Source: Eledone cirrhosa (Eukaryota). Taken from it: 64,000 nt of DNA. Below the pieces are notes generated by a model. The model did no database searches. It saw only the letters and a list, made by a program, of their open reading frames with translations, and was not told where the DNA came from. The stretch lies in contig OZ024741.1 in NCBI GenBank assembly GCA_964016885.1, forward strand, positions 19,654,001-19,718,000, written 5' to 3'. Numbering within the stretch: the first letter of the stretch is position 1; each line of letters starts with the position of its first letter. This document shows positions 55,826-64,000 of the stretch, piece after piece. The translations under genes were made by a program, and so were the position numbers.

Positions 55826-57224
55826 TTCGTTTCTGAATTTGTTTAGCAAGATTCTTTATCTGAAATCGTGTGTTGAAACCGATATTGTTATACTTTGGGA
55901 GGGTCATGTTGCCAATAAGAAACACACGCACCAGTTGCTTTCACTTCAATTTAAGTTATTATATATTTATAAATTTACAAATTTATAAATTTCTGGTTCT
56001 CTGGCTACAATCAGAGAGATAGAATCAGAGTGTATAAAGGAGCCAGAACCAAATGGGAAAAAATGGTAAATAATGACATAAATGGGACCTGCCCCTTGTA
56101 TAGGAGCAAATTTTGGAATAGAATAGAAAGAACTAGGAACAAGGCCAATAGAATAAACTCATGGTATGATAGCAATAAATACCAGAGTGTAATGTTCATC
56201 AATACAACCCCTAGAGGCGAACTAGCCTACAAATTTAGAAGGGCCCTAAAGAAACATAATCTCAATATTAAGATAGTAGAAAGACCTGGTACCTCCGTAA
56301 AAACACTTATTAGCAAGACATACCCGTTCCAAAGACCCTCATGTATAGATAAGAAATGTATAACCTGTAAAATAAGCCCCCATATTAACTGTAAAACTAG
56401 AAATGTAGTATATAGCATAAGATGTACTGAAGGACAATGTAGAAACAAAAATATAGTACATAGGTGAGACAGCTCGTAGTATAGGGGAACGAATAAATGA
56501 ACACTGGCGAGACCTCCAAGATAATAAAGAATCATCTGTGCTCTACCAACATGCTAAGATAGAACACAGGGGTAAATTAGAGACCATAGAAATTAAAATA
56601 GAATCCACACACAAGAAAGACGCAATGTTTAGGCAAATTACAGAGGCAGTAAGCATAAAAGAATTAAAACCAAAATTAAATAGAAAATATGAGTGGAACA
56701 GCAACATCACAACTTACAATTAAGGACAAAATGAAAACACACACACACATAGAACAAACAACTTACAATTGAAAACACACACAAAATGAAAACACACACA
56801 AGACAAAATGAAAACACACACACACATAGAACAAACAACCAACCAACAATAAATAAATAAATAAATAAACAAATAGAAAAATATAAATAGAAAAATAGAA
56901 AAATGAACACAAACACACACAGACACCCGGATGTGGCGCATGCGCAAACTGAGCACGCAACCCACACACAAACAAAATGGCGTAGGATAGAAGAAAGGAA
57001 AGGCACAGAAACGAAGAAAGAAATCCCCAGTCACTGAAGAGGTCACAGAGTGTGTGACGAAAGAACTATGACTATATATATATAAACAACTATCTGGTTG
57101 TGGAACCAACCAACCAACCAGAAATTTATAAATTTGTAAATTTATAAATATATAATAAATTAAATTGAAGTGAAAGCAACTGGTGCGTGTGTTTCTTATT
57201 GGCAACATGACCCTCCCAAAGTAT

Positions 57225-57230
<6 letters not shown>
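55826..57230 (+). mobile_element. 5'-truncated PLE (GIY-YIG) with inverted pseudo-LTR end at its 5' side
   Basis: ORFs 56030-56467 and 56538-56723; 55882-55997 is an inverted copy of ~57117-57230. Confidence 0.85.
57029..57073 (+). ncRNA. Minimal hammerhead ribozyme in PLE 3' pseudo-LTR
   Basis: agtca-CTGAAGA-ggtcac..gtgac-GAAA-gaac-TA-tgact. Confidence 0.85.
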
Positions 57231-57269
<39 letters not shown>

Positions 57270-57277
57270 TATATATG

Positions 57278-57362
<85 letters not shown>

Positions 57363-57518
57363 GTATCTGTTCAAATTTTTCCATTATATATATATATATA
57401 TATATATGCGTGTGTGGTGTGTGTATATATACAGATATAACTATATCATATACTTCTGTTCCTTGGCGCACTTATTAATGTATTTATGCATATATATCCT
57501 GCCTAGTTTTTCCTGGTA

Positions 57519-57568
<50 letters not shown>

Positions 57569-57715
57569 GAATGTATGTATATATATACGTATATATATAT
57601 GTGCGTGTGTGTGTGTATTTGTACACACGCACACGCCCCCCCCCCCCCCACCACCACCACCACACCACACACACACATACCCTCATATATATATGCATAT
57701 ACATACATACATATA

Positions 57716-57746
<31 letters not shown>

Positions 57747-58000
57747 GTGTATGTATGTATGTATGTATGTATGTATGTATGTATGTATGTATGTATGTAT
57801 GTATGTATATATGTATGTATATAGTGTTCCAGCGTCTATTGAGCAGCACGCATCACAGCTGTAGAAACATACACTACACACATACATATATACATAAATT
57901 CATAAATATATTTATATTGCCCTTCAAGAGGTTTGTGTGTGTAAGTGTGTGTGTAAGTGTGTGTGTAAGTGTGTGTGTAAGTGTGTGTAAGTGTGTGTGT

Positions 58001-58048
<48 letters not shown>

Positions 58049-58068
58049 GTGTGTGTGTAAGTGTGCGT

Positions 58069-58115
<47 letters not shown>

Positions 58116-58754
58116 AGAGAGGAGTGTGGAGTGTATAAACATCCTGATCTCCCTACACTACGTGGGTGTGGAAAATTATATCCTTGAAGTCTTACCGAAC
58201 CTTCCCTCCTGTAACGTGAGACAGGAGCGTGGTGCAAAGTTGACTGACAGTCTACTTTAATTCATAGTTGCGATAAATGTATGGAAGGCCGTTGTTGACA
58301 TGATACAGCGTCATCACAAACACTGGACTCTCTTTTTCTCTCATTCTCTTTCTCCCTCTCTCTCGCTCTCTTAAAAAGATGTTATTTTATTTCATTTCAT
58401 CTACATACAAGGTAGAGTATATTTAATTTTCTGTATTTATAAGTTTACATAGAAAAGGCTTCTACAGATATAGAACTGTTTCATTCTTATGAACTCAAAA
58501 AGAATGTCCTGATGATTTCATACGAATAAAGCTTCTATCTTCACACTACACATGTATTGAGTACCTTATTTACTATGGTTACCCCGACACAACACGGGAT
58601 TTGCTTATATATACTGTAGTATAAGTTTGGTAGAAATATCCAAAGGTAAGAGTACTGAGTCCATAGGATGAGTTAAGTATAATTCAAACAGTAACATATG
58701 CAGGCATTTATTGAGCCTGTTATATAAAACTGTTGTAACTAATTATATAGGGTA

Positions 58755-59062
58755 CGACAATGGGATTCGCACATAAAAAGTTCCCCTCCGAGGCACAATT
58801 ACGGGCCAGGTTGTTTGTGGAAGTCCAGGCAGTCGCCCATACATACCAGTCTCTCCTCACCACGTCACTGATGTTGTCCCAAGGGAAAAGCAATGGCTGA
58901 TAAAGCTTGGCCCCAGTGACGTCACAACTCATTTCTACAGCTGAGTAAACTGGAGCAACGTGAAATAAAGTGTCTTGCTCAAGGACACAACGCAAAGCCC
59001 GGTCCGAAAATCGAACTCACAACCTCACGATTATAAGCCCGACTCCTTAACCATGCGCCTTC
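58755..59062 (-). mobile_element. SINE family B
   Basis: Reverse complement of 24324-24650. Confidence 0.8.
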
Positions 59063-59314
59063 CGGACAACCATGTTGCTTGTTTATTTTCCTATCTTCGG
59101 TTTGCTTTTATCCTTCTATGTTGTTTACTTGTCCCCCTCGCCTTACGCGAATTCTGGTCCCAATAACTTTTTTTAGTTATTGCTCGCACCAACCTGAGGT
59201 ATCTGATTTTTAATGCGATGAAATACCAATGATGGTTGGAAAATTACTGACGAAGGACTATCTTTATCATATGTAACCCATGTGCAACCACGCAGTATTC
59301 TTCTTTCTTCTCAT

Positions 59315-59398
<84 letters not shown>

Positions 59399-59939
59399 TA
59401 TAAAAATATATATAAATAAAAAATTATTAAAAAATATATAAAATTTTATATTTTTTTAATTTCTTTCTATTATTTTTTATTGTCTCCTACTCTCATTCGA
59501 TTTACCTATTCTATAACCTCCCTCCTGTACTTCATACTCTATCCTCAGAATCTGCTGTATACATATCACTTTCAACGCTTGACCGCTCCTGTCACTCCCC
59601 TATTGTTCTACAGGCAAGTTCAGCCACCCCTACCTCCCACCAAATGCCATGATAGACTTATTTGTGTTTACAACAAATTTTAACCAATCCTCTTGACAAC
59701 TACAATCTTCCCATATAAGGAAGTACCCCCTTGAAAAGTTCGGCTATTTATTCACCAGGCTAAAAATTCTAATTTAGTCCAGAAATAGTCGTCGAAACGG
59801 CTTGAGCTCTGCCGTCGGGGTCATACTTTTTCTTATTTCCCACTCTACTACCCTAAGTATTGAGTACTCTGGTGCGTTATGGTCCATCTGGTTCCTTACC
59901 ACAATTCCTTTGTTATATATATATATGTATATATATTTG

Positions 59940-60090
<151 letters not shown>

Positions 60091-60253
60091 TTGTCTGTAT
60101 CTTATCTATTCTCATAAACCAGGTATTCCCCACCTCCACCCTAACATTCCAGCACTATCATGAATATTCTTCCGTAAATTAATTTAACCTACAATCATCA
60201 TCCCCGCCGCCATTTCCTCCACCAACACCCCTGACATCTCAATATATATATGT

Positions 60254-60294
60254 CCGAGCTGAAGATCCGCACAAGGTGAAACAATTGTTCTCGG
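60254..60294 (+). ncRNA. 41-nt minimal hammerhead ribozyme
   Basis: ccgag-CTGAAGA-tcc gcacaa ggt-GAAA-caattg-TT-ctcgg, within a ~110-bp insert between TA tracts. Confidence 0.8.
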
Positions 60295-60358
60295 TATGGT
60301 GAACTAACTGTTGTGGAACTACTTCTACCAAACTCGTCCCATGGACTGAGTGCTCTAC

Positions 60359-60451
<93 letters not shown>

Positions 60452-60555
60452 CAGATTCAAGGCCCCTACGGTTGAGCTCCGGCCGTTTCGACAGCTAGAT
60501 ATGTTCGGGTTCGGATCTAACTATCGAAACAGCTTGAGCTCAGCCATCGGGGTTA

Positions 60556-60596
<41 letters not shown>

Positions 60597-60599
<3 letters not shown>

Positions 60600-61569
60600 T
60601 CTTTTATTTGCCACCAGGGCATCAAAAGTGGGACAAGTACAATGGGGGAGTTTACACAAAAAGGCGTCCTCAATAAGGAGGAGGCAATAACAATATATAA
60701 AAATAAAATAAAATATAACAAAAAATTAAATTTATAACAAAGTCCTCAATAGAGAGGAGGCGCCTTGGGGGGTCGCACACACCCCCGAAAAAAAGTGTGC
60801 AACCCTTTTCCTCAGGAGCACAGAGAAGGGGTGCTCCCTTGGTCTTTCATCTTCCTCACCTATAGTCTGATGTAGAGTGAAGGCCCATTCACACGGGCCA
60901 TTCTCGCCACTTTCACCCATCTTTCATAAAAACGGCTGGGGTGCAGCACCTCTCTCTCCATCCTGATCCTTCTTCCGAAATGATATCGGAAGAAACGGAC
61001 CAGTTGTTGGCCAGAGAGAAAGGTGTCTGACCTCAGTCCTTTCAGACGCGTCCACCATACAACCTCTTTCGCCATGGCTATTACGCACAGAAACACCGTC
61101 TCTTCTTCGTTTTTGAAGAGGGGAGGCGGCTTGATCGTTACAATAGACTCGGTGGTCAACCGGATCGGTCCCACCCTTGACAGCAGTTGTTCGACATAGC
61201 CCCACAGATCGGCAATGCCCGAGCAGTGTACCAATGCGTGTGCAACGGTTTCCTCGTCGCACACGCATCTGGGACAGATCTTTTTCGAGGGGTCCCTACT
61301 CGGGCGCCCGTGTCTGTAGAGCCTTTCTCGAACGGGCAGAGCCCTTCTGTAGCATTGCCAGGCCAGGGACCTCTGGAAGTTTTCCATGGGTCCCGGGCTG
61401 AATGTCCTACCGAACAGGTTAGCCAGTTCGTCTTCCTCCATGCCTAGGGCTTCTCCGAGGGCGTCGTCGCACCTGCTAACCACCAGCCCTCTATAGAATG
61501 ACGAGGTGTTTCTCCACTGACAGCCGGGTCCGCCTGCCAGAGAGCCGTGAGCGCCTGGGCACACCCGGT
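60597..61569 (-). mobile_element. Tx1/L1-clade LINE 3' end
   Basis: Near-identical to 7089-7930; CPRCVCDEETVAHALVHC; (TA)n on both sides. Confidence 0.88.
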
Positions 61570-61572
61570 GTG

Positions 61573-61625
<53 letters not shown>

Positions 61626-61801
61626 CAAGGGAAGTGTGGTAAGGAACCAGGTGGACCATAATAACACACCAGAGTACTCGATACTTGGGGTAGCTGAGTG
61701 GGTAATAGGAAAAGATTCATGATCCCGATGGCTGAGCTCCAGCTGTTTCGATAGTTAGATCCGAACATACCTAGCTGTCGAAACGTAGGGGTCCTGAATC
61801 T

Positions 61802-61851
<50 letters not shown>

Positions 61852-62367
61852 GTTTCTACTTTTGGCACAATGCCAGCAATTATCCAGTGTATTACTGGTA
61901 CTTTATTTTATTGACCCCGTAATGATGAAAGGCAAAGTTAACCTCGGCGGGATTTGAACTCAGACCATAAAGGGCCGTAACTCTTTGCTGCAGTGTACAC
62001 TAGCAAGGCCCCGGCCCTGGAACAGATAAAAGCTAAAGAGTAGATATAATTTTCGACGCATATAATTCCATATTATAGCTTGTTGAACATCTTACAAGAA
62101 GTTTTAAGACTGTTCCTTATATGTCGTTATATAAACTTGTAGAATACACATTGGAGATTGCGTCAAAAGATCAGTCTATATATGTATGTTTGTATGCATA
62201 TATGTATATGTGTGTATGGAGGTATGTATGTATATATACATATATATATGTGTGTGTGTGTATGTGTACATATGTATATATATACATATATACATACATA
62301 CACATACACATAAGCATACACATATACATGTATATATATATATATATGTATAAATATATATATAAAT

Positions 62368-62402
<35 letters not shown>

Positions 62403-62449
62403 CATGCACACATATATATATACGCACACACATGTACATATATATATAC

Positions 62450-62527
<78 letters not shown>

Positions 62528-62586
62528 TTATATGTATATATGTATATATATATATATATACATATTATATATATATATTTATACAT

Positions 62587-63290
62587 ATTGTTATACTTGG
62601 GGAGGGTCATATTTGTGTAATATTGCCAGAATTAATAACAGAACACACTCACTGTTTGGTTGGTTTTCGCTTCTCTGTGTCTTTTATATCGGTAATCTAA
62701 CTTATTCGGTCCTCAATGTTGCCATTGACTGACCGACGGTCAAAAATAATACAGATACAATATAGACACAAACACATATATATAGTTTATCATAAATCTT
62801 TCGTTGCACATCTGCAACATCGTCAGTGGTGTTATATTTTCCTCCTGTTGTGTTGTATGTCTACGCCATTTTTATTCAGTCTGTCTATATATTTATTTAT
62901 TTATTTGCTTGTTTGTTTATTTTATTTTGTCTTCTTTGCGCATGCGTTTGCGTGTGTGTATAGTGTTTTGTTTGCTGTGTGATGGGTGACTAGTGTGTGT
63001 TTATGTGCTTGTTGTTAGTGTGCTTGTGTATGTATTTATTTATTTATTTATTTTATTTTATTTACTTATTTATACTTCTCTTAGGTCAGTGTTGTTTGTT
63101 TGGGTGTTGTTATTCCATTCATTCTTTCTGTTCTTTCTTTCGTTCGTTCTTTCTGTTCATTCTTTCGTTCGTTCTTTCTTTCTATATTTATACAGATATG
63201 GGTATTATATGTTCAGATGTGTGTGTGTGTCTCTACGTGTGTGTGTTTGTATATGTATTAATAAATCATATTTAATTAGACATTTAAACA
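62587..63290 (-). mobile_element. Diverged PLE pseudo-LTR remnant
   Basis: Shares terminal tgaccctccccaagtataacaat and tgcgcatgcg with the 52893/55826 family. Confidence 0.5.
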
Positions 63291-63784
63291 TGGTAATGGA
63301 ACTGGAAGCTGTCATTACGGCCGTTAGAATCTCGCGCTGTTAGTTTCTCCAAGTCTCGTTGATAAACAGCCATATTTTAACGCCGCTATTGTTATAAACG
63401 TCTACATGAAATAATAGATGTCGCTTTAACCTTTATTTATAATGAAATTAGGTTTCGTTACTTGGCGAAGATATGTTTTGTTCTCTGTATATTTAACTAC
63501 TAATCTACTGGCTTCAATGAAGCTGAGAATAATATAACAAGAAGATCAAATAGTTGCAATGGTCGTGGTGGTGTGGTATTGGAGGTATTGATTGTGTTGG
63601 AGTTGCGGGTGTTGTGGGTAGTTAACTACGGGGACAGTCTTTGAGGTTGTGCGTTTCATAATAGTGTTAATGATGGTATAGTGATAAAGGTGATAGTGGT
63701 TCTGATGGTAGTAATATACATACATACGTACATAAATACGTACATACGTACATACATACATACATACATACATACATACATACA

Positions 63785-63815
<31 letters not shown>

Positions 63816-64000
63816 GGTGGCTGCCAACTCGTTTTCGAGTACGGCCACTACTTTATATCCATGTAGGAGAACCTCTACCGATGCGCTGAACGAGTGTGAT
63901 TTTTTAGTCCAGCCAGTGACTTGAAAACTCTGGTACAAACACTACACTTGTGACAATTATTGACACATAGTGCTGCGCCCATGGTACCATGTGACGACAA

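Overview
AT-rich eukaryotic (animal) DNA with no recognisable host gene exon. The (TA)n/(CA)n microsatellites and SINE families resemble octopus/cephalopod DNA; this is an inference from repeat style. The window is almost entirely transposon-derived. It holds one complete 4.2-kb LTR retrotransposon (1484-5698), several Penelope-like elements (PLEs; RT plus GIY-YIG), Tx1/L1-, R4- and RTE-type LINE fragments, tRNA-derived SINEs, non-autonomous Helitrons and MITEs. The main signal the ORF track misses is about 20 type-I hammerhead ribozyme motifs from more than 10 unrelated sequence families. Most sit in (TA)n tracts, and many are in fold-back palindromes that turn just 5' of the ribozyme. Others have ~100-nt stem-II insertions or lie in 418- and ~657-bp retrozyme-like units. 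Other highlights: a PLE with an upstream ORF1 joined to RT through a U-UUU-UUA -1 slippery site; an LTR element whose primer-binding site matches a tRNA 5' end and whose RNase H looks DIRS-like; and in-frame minisatellites that arose inside a LINE ORF. All RNA structures were paired by eye, not computed.
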